Below, one piece after another: positions 23,375-35,168 of a stretch of 64,000 nucleotides of DNA. A program made the position numbers and the translations under genes. Every line of letters begins with the position of its first letter. Within the stretch, counting starts at the first letter, position 1. Source of the DNA: Minutocellus sp. GHC0000111 (Eukaryota); contig OZ361259.1 in NCBI GenBank assembly GCA_977018835.1, positions 1,798,001 to 1,862,000 of the forward strand. The letters are read 5' to 3'. A model generated the notes under the pieces. It saw only the letters and a program-made list of their open reading frames with translations, was not told the origin of the DNA and did not search any database.

Positions 23375-24403
23375 TTACGGATGGTTCCAGTTCGAGTCAT
23401 CCTTGGGGCATACCATGTTCTGCAGATCGGTAGAGAAGGCATCGGAGGATCGGACCGTGGGCATCGATGCCCTGCGCTGCTGCCGGCGTGTTATCGGCCG
23501 AGGAAGATGGGCGTCGTCCAAGGAGCGGCTCGAGATATGTGCCGTGGCAGCATCAGCTGCTCTTGGTTTCATGTCTTGTGCCGGCGCTCCTGGCGCTTGT
23601 GCGTGGGAGGACGCCGAGCTCATGTAGGATATTGAATTCGACCTCTCCCGCTGGAGGTACTTCTTGATGGCGGCCTCGTCCTCTCTCCCCTGGACGATGG
23701 CCCGTTCCCGGGCGGGGAGGCTGCCGTCGGTGCTGACTTGGGCAATTCTCTTCTCCTTGTCGAACTGTGTACCGAAGGATCGAGACGATTCGTTGAGCTG
23801 GTCCCGCAGCTCCAAGACATCGCAGATGACGTTCGTCTGTTCTTGGACCAGGTTGCGATGGATCCTCTTGGAGTAAAACTGCTCCAATCCCCGGAGGCTC
23901 ATCGATGAGCGGAGCTGACGCAACTCGGGACTGTCCTCGAGGAGGTGCGGATGCTTGGTCAGTTGCTTGATGGTTTTGACGTCGGCTCGGGCCTTGTTTT
24001 GGATCTCGATGCGTTCCTCTTGGGACAGCCACGCCGCCTCAAGATAGGCCTGGTCACGAAACTCGATGATCTTCATTCGGACACTGCCATCGAATGCCAC
24101 GATCTTGTCGCTAGGCCTACTAGTACTTGTGTTGTTGTACGAATTCGGTAGCGCCGCCGACGAGGAAGAAGTGTAGGCCGAAGATGCTTTGAGGGAAGAT
24201 CGACAAGGAGGAGGTCGTCTTGCCGATGATTCCCGTTGATACCTCTTGATTTCCTCCACCTGCTTGGCATGCTCGAGGCTGCACCGTCGAATTCCGATTG
24301 GAGCTGGCCGAGGCAGTCGACGTGCCTCACCCGTCTGCTCGCCCTTGGACATTTTCTGTTCGGACAGTGTGTCGACGATGACAATGTCGCGAGGGATGGT
24401 CAT
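23375..24403 (-). CDS. Uncharacterised diatom-type family, copy 2
   Basis: Intact ORF: RRCSLEHA, RSSLK, VAF..SVRMKIIEFRD..YL.AAWLS.EER, SLRGLE, RRASMP. Start codon uncertain. Confidence 0.75.
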   Translation of the reverse strand: MTIPRDIVIVDTLSEQKMSKGEQTGEARRLPRPAPIGIRRCSLEHAKQVEEIKRYQRESSARRPPPCRSSLKASSAYTSSSSAALPNSYNNTSTSRPSDKIVAFDGSVRMKIIEFRDQAYLEAAWLSQEERIEIQNKARADVKTIKQLTKHPHLLEDSPELRQLRSSMSLRGLEQFYSKRIHRNLVQEQTNVICDVLELRDQLNESSRSFGTQFDKEKRIAQVSTDGSLPARERAIVQGREDEAAIKKYLQRERSNSISYMSSASSHAQAPGAPAQDMKPRAADAATAHISSRSLDDAHLPRPITRRQQRRASMPTVRSSDAFSTDLQNMVCPKDDSNWNHP

Positions 24404-25096
24404 GGCAGTTCGGCTGTCAACTGATATCAATTGATCTGAGTTAGATACGATATGAAACACAGTTGGATCGTCTTGTTATTGGCAAAATGGTTTGCATAAC
24501 ACAGTGAGCATCTCAAACTGTCCCGAGTTGACAAAGATGTGCATGTGGCCGGCGGGGTTGTGTTGTGCGGCTAGGCCAGGCTGGCTGAACGTCGTTTCAG
24601 GGCGCGGGGAAATCTGCTGAGGCCTTCTCAAAAAAAGGTTTTTGCTATGACTCTCGGCGAAGTTTTCGGTATAGGTGTTCGCAGCACCAACCGATTGGAA
24701 AGTCCGAACTTTGCGTAGCCTTGCTCGATCTTCGATAAAAGCAGAAATTGAGGAAGTGGCGTTCTCATGTAACGGAAAACCAAGATTTCCGAGAGGCGGG
24801 TTTTCTAAATTAGGCAGCAGGTTTTTACGGTAACGTTTTTTACTTTCTTTATCGGTACCGGTACCGGTACTACATGGCGTGCATGTTGCACATGTAGCTA
24901 GCTACTACCGGCACATGTATCCTAGTAAAAACGTGTTTTTATATGTATTGAATTGTTATCTTAGCACCTATCAACAGATTTGATTGAGCCAATTCACCGA
25001 TTATTTTCGTCTTTCTTATTCCTACACTGCATTGATGTTCAGGGCCACATCTGGTAACCTGTATACAGTCTGAACTGTGCCGGTGAATATTGGTCA

Positions 25097-26266
25097 TCAC
25101 GGATAAACAAAGAATGCTGTGTCAGCCTCGCACGATTCATGAGTTATGTTCAATTTGAAGCAGGAGGAAGTGCTGCTGCTGTTGCCTCCTGGATCAGATG
25201 CTCGTCGACGTTGAGGCATTTCATCCTCGTTGTCGACGCCAAAGGAATCCAATGATCCAAGAGTGCGGCTTGAGGCATCAGCGTTGTGATGTGGTACATG
25301 TAAACGGGAATCAGCCATACTCTGCGTCATTTCAGGATTGGCAGTGTTCGAGCTACCAGTACTAGTATATGTTTTTGACTGTGAAGAAGATGAGCATGAT
25401 GCAAGCGTCTTGGAATTCCGCCCAATGTATGACCGTATAGCAGCCTCGTCTCCTATTGCGAGCCTCCGGGCGCGCTCAAGGCTTGGAAGACTTCTCTCGG
25501 CGCATGTTCTCGCAATGGAGTCGGCCATGTCGGCGTCACCGCCGATAGATCCACGGTAGTTGCTGTCCAGGGAGGAGAACGACGACGAGTGGGAATTGCC
25601 CATTCGCTGCTGGGCTTCAAGGACTGCGCAGACGACTTCTTCTCGTTCGTTTTTAGGAATTCGCATGGTCTTTTTGGAGAACAAGTGCTCCATACCCCGA
25701 ACACTGATGAGGTTCCGAAGGCGGATCATGTCGGGTCTGGCTGCCAGATCTGGATTCTTGGCAAGATGCTTAACGATTCTCATGTCCGTCTTGGCTTGTT
25801 CGGTGATGAGGGATCGTTCTTCACGGGACAGCCACGCGGCTTGAAGGTATCGTTCGTTTCGATATGGTATCTTCTTCATATGAACGTCGTTGCTGAAGGT
25901 GACATTCTTGACGAAGGGAGAAGGCCCTGATTTGAGGGAGGATCGTCGTCGAGGGCGGTTGAAAGGAGAAGATGCTATCGACATGTCGCCATTATTTCTA
26001 CATGTTTGTCGCCTTGCATGCTCCAGACTGCATCGACGAAATCCAAAGGAAGGCGCTTGAGGAGAAAGCAATCTTCTACCATTGCCGTTGGTAGCGGGCT
26101 GCTGCGTATTCCCTGGCCTTCCTTTCATGGCTGCATTTGCAGATTGATACCTTGCTGGCGGCATATTGTTGACGCAATCATCGGCTCCTTCGCTACTTAT
26201 GCTCATGTCTTCGGTCGAAGTTGTCAATGTAGAGACTGCGTCCTGCTCCAGCCGTTTGTTCTTCAT
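25097..26266 (-). CDS. Uncharacterised diatom-type family, copy 3
   Basis: 389-aa ORF: RRCSLEHA, RRSSLK, VTF..DVHMKKIPYRN..YL.AAWLS.EER, SVRGME, RRASDP. Confidence 0.8.
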   Translation of the reverse strand: MKNKRLEQDAVSTLTTSTEDMSISSEGADDCVNNMPPARYQSANAAMKGRPGNTQQPATNGNGRRLLSPQAPSFGFRRCSLEHARRQTCRNNGDMSIASSPFNRPRRRSSLKSGPSPFVKNVTFSNDVHMKKIPYRNERYLQAAWLSREERSLITEQAKTDMRIVKHLAKNPDLAARPDMIRLRNLISVRGMEHLFSKKTMRIPKNEREEVVCAVLEAQQRMGNSHSSSFSSLDSNYRGSIGGDADMADSIARTCAERSLPSLERARRLAIGDEAAIRSYIGRNSKTLASCSSSSQSKTYTSTGSSNTANPEMTQSMADSRLHVPHHNADASSRTLGSLDSFGVDNEDEMPQRRRASDPGGNSSSTSSCFKLNITHESCEADTAFFVYP

Positions 26267-27051
26267 ATTGTGTGTGTTGTGTTATTGTGTGTGATAAGGA
26301 ATTCCTTTGTAACTGTAACTTCTTTAAATTGTTGTACATGTAGCCTATCGATGAAAGAGGGAATATTTGTACATGTGGCACAAAGCACCATCCCTCTTTC
26401 ACGGATCGCTCGATGCGCTTGTTTTGCTTTCTCACGAGCCTAAACGGCTCCTTCGATTTCATTATCAGAGCACATCTTTCCTGGCCTGTCCGAAAGAGCC
26501 CTGTTACGAGAACTGCCGGCGAAGTTGGCTTATTCCCGTCAGAAACCAGTTCAACGAAAAAGCCCTCAATGCTTCACTTTACGCCTTTTTCCTTCGTTGG
26601 AGGGAACAGGCTTTTTTTGTAAATTGAAGTACGTCAACTTCGATATGATGTATGTTTTGAAAATCAATGTCTTTTTGTGTATTTTTCATCGGCGACCATT
26701 TTGCTCGTCGCACCTTCTTGTGCCTTCGGTCTGCACACCAAAAGAAAGACGTCAGTTTTGACGCCGTAAATTTACCCAAACCTCTGGCGCAAGAAAGGAA
26801 GAAGGCCAAGTTAGCGCACCGCGTCGACCTTGGCACTCTGTCCCAAATCAGCTTTCCAAGACAAGGATATCACTCAGTTGTGTCCTCAAACTCATTCAAT
26901 TGCAAACAAGCTGATCACTCGATCTTCCAAACTAATTCCTTACTTACCTTTGCCGGCCGGAAAAGCCATCATCAGAGCACGGCCCAAATCTAACAGTGGT
27001 GACCATCAGGTCAATTGCCTACGCACACTAAATTGCTCAACTTTCACGAAT

Positions 27052-28907
27052 ATGACCCAACCGCGCCCAAAGCCCAAATTGTCGTCTCGATGGACCAGCG
27101 GCCTCACCCTGCAAGCTACGGCCGCCCTTTCGTGCATGACGTGCGCGCTCCTCCCGAACGTCACTTCAGCCGCTGAAACATGCGTCGCATCGTCGTACAA
27201 GCTCCCTTAGCAGCTGCTCGATGCCGCCACCGGTGCTGGTTTCCCGGGACCGCCCCAGCTGTTCGGCCTGGTTGCCTCCATCCAGGCCGGTTGGGATCCG
27301 GCCCTTGCCCTGTACGAAACTCCCATGGCGGTGCGATTCACATGGCTCATCTCCGCTTTGAATTGGAATTGCGCCGCGGTGTACTCGGCAGATTGGGACG
27401 ATGCACTCATGCAGACCGATCCGCTGATCAGAACCCCAGAAAGTGTCACGGTGGACTCCGACGCTACTTCTGGGTTGTTCGCCGACGGCTTCGAGGAAAT
27501 CGACCTACATTCGACCGACGCTCGATTCCTTTGTGCGATACACGGCTGGCATGCCGTGATGACCGACTGGGTCCCCGATGCCGCCTCCACCCTCCTACCC
27601 GTCTTGACTGGATTCGGTCTGAATATCGGCCAATTGGAATACCGTGAAGACATTGGCACATGCTTTGCGGGCGTGGAGGAAGGTAGCGAAATTGACATCA
27701 TATGCTTGGAGGCTATTGCGCAGGACGAATGCTACAGTCCCGCCACCATGGGACAAATCATCGGGAGGCAGCTTGCCGAGTATGCCCGGACTGATGGTAA
27801 GATACCTCGTCGATACACATGCCATAGTGTGCATGCATTTTTATATCTAATAATTCCCTTTTAACAACTACCATATTCCTTCCAACTTATCTCATCTTGC
27901 ACCAAACATCTACTACAGGCTGGAACCAGGATGGCAAGCTCAACAAGGACGGCACGACGTGCGAGGCCAACTGCCGCGCCTTCGGTGACTATACTGGCTA
28001 CGAGCCCATCAATATTCCAGGAGTAAAGAGTCAAGACAACAAGATCAAGCGCAGCTGGATGCCTCTTCTTGAGGACAACAAGAAGGGCTACGAAACACGG
28101 CAGCAGCACGTCACACCTCATATCGGTAGCCAGGCCAAGCCCGCTGTTCTCACCCGGGCCGAAATCCATAGCCGCACGGCCCCGTGGCCCGGCTATGACT
28201 ACGACGAGGAGGCCCTGGTCGTCACCGAGCGACTTCGTGCGACTGCCGAATCCGATGAGGCCAAGATGATGATCGAATTCTTCGACAACAAGCTCAATGT
28301 TGCCGGTATCGTCATCCAAACCGTCGCCGGTACTCTACAGTTGGGGTACGAGCAGACCCTCAACTTTGTCCTCACCCTCACCGCCGGAGATTACGATGCT
28401 ACCATCCTGGCGTGGAAAGAGAAGGTCAACTACGATTTTGTTCGACCGACCACGTGGATCCAGGAGGAGATGGCTGAGCTGGAATTCACCACCTATGCAG
28501 GTGCTTACAAGGGCGTCCGTACCATCGAGGGCAAGAACTTTGAGAGTTATGTACGAGTTATGCCTCACTCTGAATACGTGAGCGGCAGTGCCTGTATCTG
28601 CCAGACACTCATGGAACTCACCGATCGCTGGGTGGATCTTCACGGGGGTGATTCTACCAGTCTTGAAATACCCCTCCCCACCTTCCCCACAGGATCCTCA
28701 AGAACCGAACCGGGAGTCACTCCCGCCCAAGACATTACGAAGGTCCTCCACGGCATGCAAGAGCTGCGAGACATTTGCGGTCAGAGCCGATTGGACGGCG
28801 GCATGCACTTTACCAAGTCCGTCACGGCGAGTTATAAGCTGTGCAATGGAGTTGGCATTGCTGCGGCTGACTATGCCTATGCTCTGTCAAGAGGGGGTGC
28901 TTTCTAG
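27052..28907 (+). CDS. Vanadium-dependent haloperoxidase-like protein 1 (PAP2 superfamily); exons 27052-27796 and 27919-28907; in-frame TAG at 27208-27210
   Basis: AWKEKVNYDFVRP, MPHSEYVSGSAC and CGQSRLDGGMHF are the three vanadate/phosphate-binding motifs. Signal-like N-terminus. The frame continues through YKLP*QLLDAA, matching the paralog FELPHDLLDAT. Confidence 0.8.
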
Positions 28908-29511
28908 AGCCAGAGTTCGTTCGATGTCGGTACCGGCCGGTACCGCTACACGGTAGTAAGATTTCACAGGAGGAGATACATGTACTCCTCCACAAAATTG
29001 TATCAATATTTTGCACAGACTACCATGGTAGTCTTCTATTCGTTTTACATAGATATTTGTTTGGGAAAGTAGATGGTACATCCCCCATCGGGCCAGCTAG
29101 CTAGTCTACCATCTACTACGTAGTCCTTTTAGCACCCGGTACCGTCCGGAAATGACCGGGGGCCTGTCGGGGTTTTGTCACCAAAGCACTTTCGGACCGC
29201 CCCCGCCCCGCGGCCGCCAACGGCAATTTTCGAGAGATGACCTTGGGCCCATTTTTACGACTACATATTATGGAAAAGCGACACGCCCATTGCCGGATGA
29301 AAAATACATTTGAATGCCACTTCGGCAGCAGGAGGAGGCTAATGCAGTCTATCCCTGCCCCTCAGCGACGAACCACCTCGACCTTCGCCACTTATTGAAT
29401 CAATTTAGAACCCTTTTTGATCACTACTCAATTTCTCTACTTTCACATTGCCCACACTGAAAAAGTGAAACATTTTTGCAGACGAAATTTCGATCAAGAA
29501 CCAGCAACGAG

Positions 29512-31408
29512 ATGAGGTGCAGAATGTCAAAAACTTCTCGGCCTTCCGTTCTGGCAGTCATTTTGCTCTGCGCATCTGCCATCCCTGGTATTATGGCCCA
29601 AATTGCCTCGCCCGGCAATATCCAAAGTGCGAACGCTGGCAATGGCAATGGCAATGGCAATGGCAACTGTCATGTCTCCGATTTCGAGCTACCGCACGAC
29701 CTGCTCGATGCCACCGCGGACGCAAACTTTCCCGGCCCTCCGAAAATATTGGCTTGGTCGGCGGCATTACAGCTGGTTGGGTGCATGCCCTAAGTCTATA
29801 CGAGACTCCCATCGCGGTACGGTTCACCAGACTCATCGACGCCCTCGACTGGAACTGCGCTGCTGTCTACTCTCAAAAGTGGGACGACGCTCTGACCAAG
29901 ACTGATCCGATCATTCGTACACCGAAGGAAGCCAAAAAGGTCGATGCGTCCAGCGGATTGTTTGTCCAGGAAAAGGATGTGTCGCTGCATACCTCTGACA
30001 CTCGTTTTCTCTGCGCCGTCCACGGATGGCATGCCATCCTTCAAGATTGGGTGCCAGATGCCGTCGACAAGCTTCTACCGGCACTGGCTGGCTTTGGTCT
30101 GAACTTTACGGAGGAGAGCCTAGGATACAACGAGGATGTTGGTGAATGTTTTGCCGACCTTGCAGCTGGTGACGTTGCCGATGCCATCTGTCTAGAGCGG
30201 ATCGCCAAGGACAACTGCTACAAACCAGCAATCATGGGACAAATTGTAGGAAGGCAGCTTGCTGAGTATGCTCGAACTGATGGTAAGTCATCTTGTGAAC
30301 ATATTGTACGCAAGAATCGTCATCTCCTGTTATATCCAAAGTGTTGAGCTCAGTTGCTGCATTCACCAACACTATTCATTTGACGTTTCTGCCACATTTC
30401 TCTGCAAATACCCTAATAACAGGATGGAATCAAGACGGCAAGCTAAACAAGGACGGAACTCCTTGCACGGCAAACTGCCGCCGCTTCACTGATACAACCG
30501 GTTATTATCCTGTCCACCATCCAGGCAGTACTGATAACAAGGACCGCTGGATGCCCCTCCTCGAAGATGACATGCGTGGCTACAAAACTAGGCAGGCGCA
30601 TGTAACTCCACACATTGGCACTGAGGCAAAGACTGCAGCCCTCAGCCGGGATGAATTGAATACCAAGGTAGCAATTGCCCCTGGCTACACGAACTACACT
30701 CAAGAGGCCGAAGTGGTGATCGAACGTCTCAAGAATACCACCCAATCCGATGAGACGAAAATGAAAATCGAATTCTATGACAACAAACTGAATGTTGCCG
30801 TTGCTGTCATCGGAGCCGTCGCAGCTAATTACAGGCTGGCTTACGAAGAGGTACTCAATTTCGCACTCGCTCTGACAGCTGGAGACTACGACGCCATCAT
30901 CTTGGCATGGAAGGAGAAGCTCCACTACGACTTGGTGCGCCCAACCACATGGATCCAGGGGGAGATGAGCAATGTAGACATCGAGACATATGCAGGTCCA
31001 TTCCAAGGCGTACGGACGATCAAAGGAAAGAACTTCGAATCCTATGTCCGCGTTATGCCCCACTCCGAGTATGTGAGCGGAAGTGCCTGTCTCTGTCAGG
31101 CACTCATGGAGCTCACAGATCAGTGGATTATCCTCAACCGAGTAGGAGAAGACCCGGCTACGCTCAAAATTCCTTTCCCGCCCATTCCAGCTGGATCGTC
31201 GAAAACAGAGCCAGGAGTTACACCAGCGAATGACTTGAATTTTATCGTCGATGGCATGGATCAATTGAGAATTCAGTGTGGCCAAAGCCGCCTTGATGGC
31301 GGAATGCACTTCACCGCATCCGTCGCCAATAGCTACACACTATGTAGTGGTGTTGGTAACGCCGCGGCTAACTATGCATTCGCCCTTTCCGACAATGGCA
31401 ACTTTTGA
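29512..31408 (+). CDS. Vanadium-dependent haloperoxidase-like protein 2; intron 30283-30422; frameshift near 29749
   Basis: AWKEKLHYDLVRP, MPHSEYVSGSAC, CGQSRLDGGMHF. Signal peptide. Same intron position (TDG|W) as paralog 1. One extra T (ATA TTT GGC) restores PKIFGLV, matching the paralog PQLFGLV. Confidence 0.8.
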
Positions 31409-31611
31409 GGTGTGTTTTGATGGAGATGTAGATTAAGATTTTTAGATTGTATAGTAAGTTCCATTTATACATGTATGTTTTGGGGAGTTCGTTCCGCGTA
31501 GATAGTAGAATCGCCCGTTTTGTAAAGACTTTACTACTGTAGCTAGTATCTGTTTTGCCTCATTTTGGTGCTTCATCTCGTGAAATGATGATGCTCTGGG
31601 GCATGGAGCTT

Positions 31612-32283
31612 CTATTTTGGGACACTAATCTCTCCATATTCTCCGACGCCGGCCAAATGATCCTTGATCAGCTGACAGGCAGCCTCTCGATTGGCAGCAT
31701 CACGCGCGGTATGGAAAAGGCCCGTCATGGCCCCCTCAACCATTTGCTTCTGCCGTTCATCGGTCAGATTGCCCTCCTCATCGAACGCCTTGAAGGCGCC
31801 ACCCACAGCTGCCGATGAGGCCAGAACATTGACCCCAAGGTTGGTCAACAGTGTACGAGTTGGATTGATCGCCCTCATCCCACCCATGGCTCCCGGCGAA
31901 GCCGAAAGAACAATTGCGGATTTGTTGGCAAAGGTGGCGTACATTTTGCCATCGGGATCGCCGCGGGACAGCCATGTGAAGGTGTTGACCAGTAGAGGAG
32001 GCGGAAAACCATTGTATTCGGGCGTAGATACGACCCAGGCATCTTGATCGGCCAGGACCGACTTGAGCTCGACGGCGGCAGATGGCATGCCCTCCGAGGC
32101 TTCCAAATCTTGATTGTAGAGGGGAAGATTGTACGATTCCAGATCCACGATGTTGGTCTATGCTCCGAGATTCGATGCGATGCGCTCGGCCGCGGACACG
32201 AGGCTAGTGTTGAAGGATCCGCTTCGGGTGCTGCCCGAAAGGAAGGCGATGCGGGGCGCTTTGATGGCGATAGTGGATGTCAT
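31612..32283 (-). CDS. NADPH-dependent FMN reductase (flavodoxin-like, ChrR/Lot6-type); in-frame TAG at 32158-32160
   Basis: From ATG 32283: IAFLSGSTRSGSFN...GA*TNIVDL...LPLYNQDLE...STPEYNG..PP.L.N...WLSR...SASPGAMGGMRA. Confidence 0.85.
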
Positions 32284-32497
32284 GTTGTGAAAAGAAGAAT
32301 GCGTGTTCAGCTGTGAGAACCCGCCAACTGACTAACGGCACAGAAATAACGCCGCTTCGGCGAAGTCTATGGTCTGAGCATGTGGCGGCGAGAGCCGAAG
32401 ACTTGCTGCTTGCTGCGGACTGACGTACTCGAGCCGGGAAGCAAGGAAGCAGGGGAGATTGATATTATCTGTATCTTGATTGAATACCACAGCAACA

Positions 32498-33736
32498 ATG
32501 GAAAAGAAAAGACTATTAGCATTTGCAACAGGCGCTGCTCTGCGTTTCAGGGGCGCTGCGGCGTTTTCTCCGATCAAAACCGGCACATCTCGCATGAGCT
32601 GGCAGAATCATGCTCCATCGAGCAAATCGTTCCAACTATCCTCTTCCACGACGGATGATGATAATGAACCCCTCTTTTCTCAAACGCCCGAAGAAGTCTA
32701 TGCCGATCTGACCAGTGCCACGGATAGCACTGCCGTTGGACTTGATGATCTTGACGATGATAATGAGCCCCTCTTTTCTCAAACTCCCGAAGAAGTCTAT
32801 GCCGAGCTGACCAGTGCCATTGATAGCACTGTTGTTGGTCTTGAAGATCTTGGACGATGGATAGAACTCCAAGAGCTGGTTGAGGATGAGATGATATTGC
32901 CATCGGAAGTCGAGGCATTCTACGACGCAGCAGTGCCCAGTCAAGACGCACTTGGATTGGATGCAGCGGCATTTGCTAAATTTTACACTTTGATTGACGA
33001 TTTGTTCGAAGACGATGTGGATGAGGCGCAAGAAAGTTTAGCACCCGAAGACTCAAATGTCGACGGAGAAGCCAATGCCGAAGCTGTTGCCGGCACTACA
33101 GTGACCCTGGAGGATTTGCTATCGGCAATATCAGCCATTGATGATGAACCACTGACTGTTCTCCCGTGTGGATTAGATTGTGAGGATTCCACACGAGAAG
33201 AAATATCCGAACTCATCGCGCAGTTGCGGCAGAGCGATGCCAACCTCGTCAAGAGGAATGGCGGGGTGGTAGAGGCCCAATCGTTGCTGGGCATCTGGTC
33301 CCTCCTGTACACCAGCAGCCTTACCATGATCATCAACAAGAGTTTGAGCGGTCTAGGCCGGTCCACGTCGGACACGGCCAACTTTTCGGGTTTGACGCAA
33401 ACGTTGTCGGGAACCAAATACTTTGGCGAATGTCGCTTTACAGAAACCATCGACGCAGGCGATGACGACGGGACGTCCATTGAAGTTGTGGTGGACGGAG
33501 AGTGGGAGCTCAAGGACGGAGCCGACCCGGACACGGGAGAGCGTGTAACCATACTGAAAGCCGATCCGATCACACTGGAATATCCTGGAAACAAAGCCAA
33601 GGCAGACGACTGGAGCAGCTTGGGAAGTATCAAATTTCTCGACATTATCTGCCTGATCGACGATATAATGCTATTGCGCGGAATTACTTTGACCGGCGAG
33701 CAATCGCTATTCGTTTGGAAGAAGGTATCTCAATAG
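32498..33736 (+). CDS. Probably plastid-targeted protein with a C-terminal PAP/fibrillin-like domain
   Basis: N-terminal AAA-F presequence-like motif, LLGIWSLLYTSS fibrillin-like strand, acidic middle region with a 33-aa tandem duplication. Confidence 0.6.
   Translation: MEKKRLLAFATGAALRFRGAAAFSPIKTGTSRMSWQNHAPSSKSFQLSSSTTDDDNEPLFSQTPEEVYADLTSATDSTAVGLDDLDDDNEPLFSQTPEEVYAELTSAIDSTVVGLEDLGRWIELQELVEDEMILPSEVEAFYDAAVPSQDALGLDAAAFAKFYTLIDDLFEDDVDEAQESLAPEDSNVDGEANAEAVAGTTVTLEDLLSAISAIDDEPLTVLPCGLDCEDSTREEISELIAQLRQSDANLVKRNGGVVEAQSLLGIWSLLYTSSLTMIINKSLSGLGRSTSDTANFSGLTQTLSGTKYFGECRFTETIDAGDDDGTSIEVVVDGEWELKDGADPDTGERVTILKADPITLEYPGNKAKADDWSSLGSIKFLDIICLIDDIMLLRGITLTGEQSLFVWKKVSQ
32654..32851 (+). 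repeat. 2 x 99-bp in-frame tandem duplication
   Basis: DDDNEPLFSQTPEEVYA(D/E)LTSA(T/I)DST(A/V)VGL(D/E)DL repeated, starting at 32654 and 32753. Confidence 0.9.
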
Positions 33737-34020
33737 ATTAAGTAGAGGTTAGATCTGGAATACACAATTGATAAATATCGAAAGGTGGCATGGCCGTAAT
33801 AAATTTAATCTTATGGCTTGGAGATTAGATAAGCTACATAGCTACATCGAGTTGGCATGTCCTTCATTCATCTTAAATGGCTTGGCCTTGCTCGACAATA
33901 GCTTTCCGACCATCGTCAAAGCGTCATCAATCCATCTCGTATATACCAAATTGGTACATGCCCACATGCATGCCACCATTTTCGCTCTCGCTCTCGCTCT
34001 CGCTCTCTCTCACACACACA

Positions 34021-34461
34021 CTACTCCTTCTTGTCGGGGGTGTTCTGCTGCACGAACTGGATGTACATCTTGAGCTCATCGACGCCGCGCTTCTGGTTGC
34101 GGTAGGCCCGCTCGTTGGCCAGCCGCTTCTTCTTCATCCACGGCTTCTCGTACCGTCTGTACCGTCCGGCCCGTCGGAGCAGCCCCTCGGCGTTCTGCGC
34201 CCGTCCGCTGCGCTGGGCGGCGTTCTCGGGATCCTCGTAGCGATTCCGTCCGTCGCGAGGATCGACCGTCCCCCGGACCACCTCCTGCCAGTACGAGCGG
34301 GTGGCGGTAGTTGTGGTGCTGGTGGTGATTGGCCCGATGGTGGTGGTGGTGGTGGTGGTGGTGGCGGCAGCTGCAGCTGTTGTGGAGGCGGCAAAGGGGC
34401 TGGGAATTGTCGCACCGAGCGGCCGGCGGAGGACGGAAGATACGAGCCCTCGGAGCGCCAT
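34021..34461 (-). CDS. MRPS21: Mitochondrial ribosomal protein bS21-like
   Basis: Arg-rich presequence with poly-Thr; RRYEKPWMKKKR S21 motif. Confidence 0.75.
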   Translation of the reverse strand: MALRGLVSSVLRRPLGATIPSPFAASTTAAAAATTTTTTTTIGPITTSTTTTATRSYWQEVVRGTVDPRDGRNRYEDPENAAQRSGRAQNAEGLLRRAGRYRRYEKPWMKKKRLANERAYRNQKRGVDELKMYIQFVQQNTPDKKE

Positions 34462-35168
34462 TATATATCACTGGTTTCGTCTACTTCTACACACAAGGGC
34501 GGATTGATCCTGCTCGTGTTTTTGCTTCCCTTCTCTACGATCTAGCTAGTCTTCTAGTAGTAGGCTACCGTTGATAACCGTGTCAGTTTGTGAGGCCGTC
34601 ATCGTCGTGCTTGCTTCGCTCGCTCGTTTGACCTGGTCCCGATTTTGCGGTGTCCGGAGGCTTTCCCCACTTTTTTCCATCCGAAAGAAGGTGCGTCGGG
34701 TAACCATGGCGGTAGCAGCGGCGGCTGGCTCGAAATGGCACAAAGCAACTCTGTCATGCTTGGAATGGGTGCATTGCGAACATGTTGGTGGGGCAGTTTG
34801 GTCGACATCCATGCAACGGCGGCAGCGATGCGGCATACCAAGCAAGGGGGGTCGGAAGAAAAAAACGGAACACGGGTGAGGCCGGCTCTACGTATGCCTA
34901 GGAATCAGTACTGCTCTGAGGGGGGAAGCTGGCTCATAACCCTTTGAAGGAGGATCGGCGATGCCCGTGGAAGCATGGGGAAAACGAGGAGCATTGGTGC
35001 AATTGCTTTGCTATTGCTTGCACGTATATCTCACCTTTATATTTATTGTTCTCATATCTTGCGCTGATTCGGCGGTATCTTTCCAAAACCGGCACATCTT
35101 GTGTTTTTGGTGCAACTCTCCATGATACCGGGACCACATCACACAACAACAGCCAACCCCAACAAACC

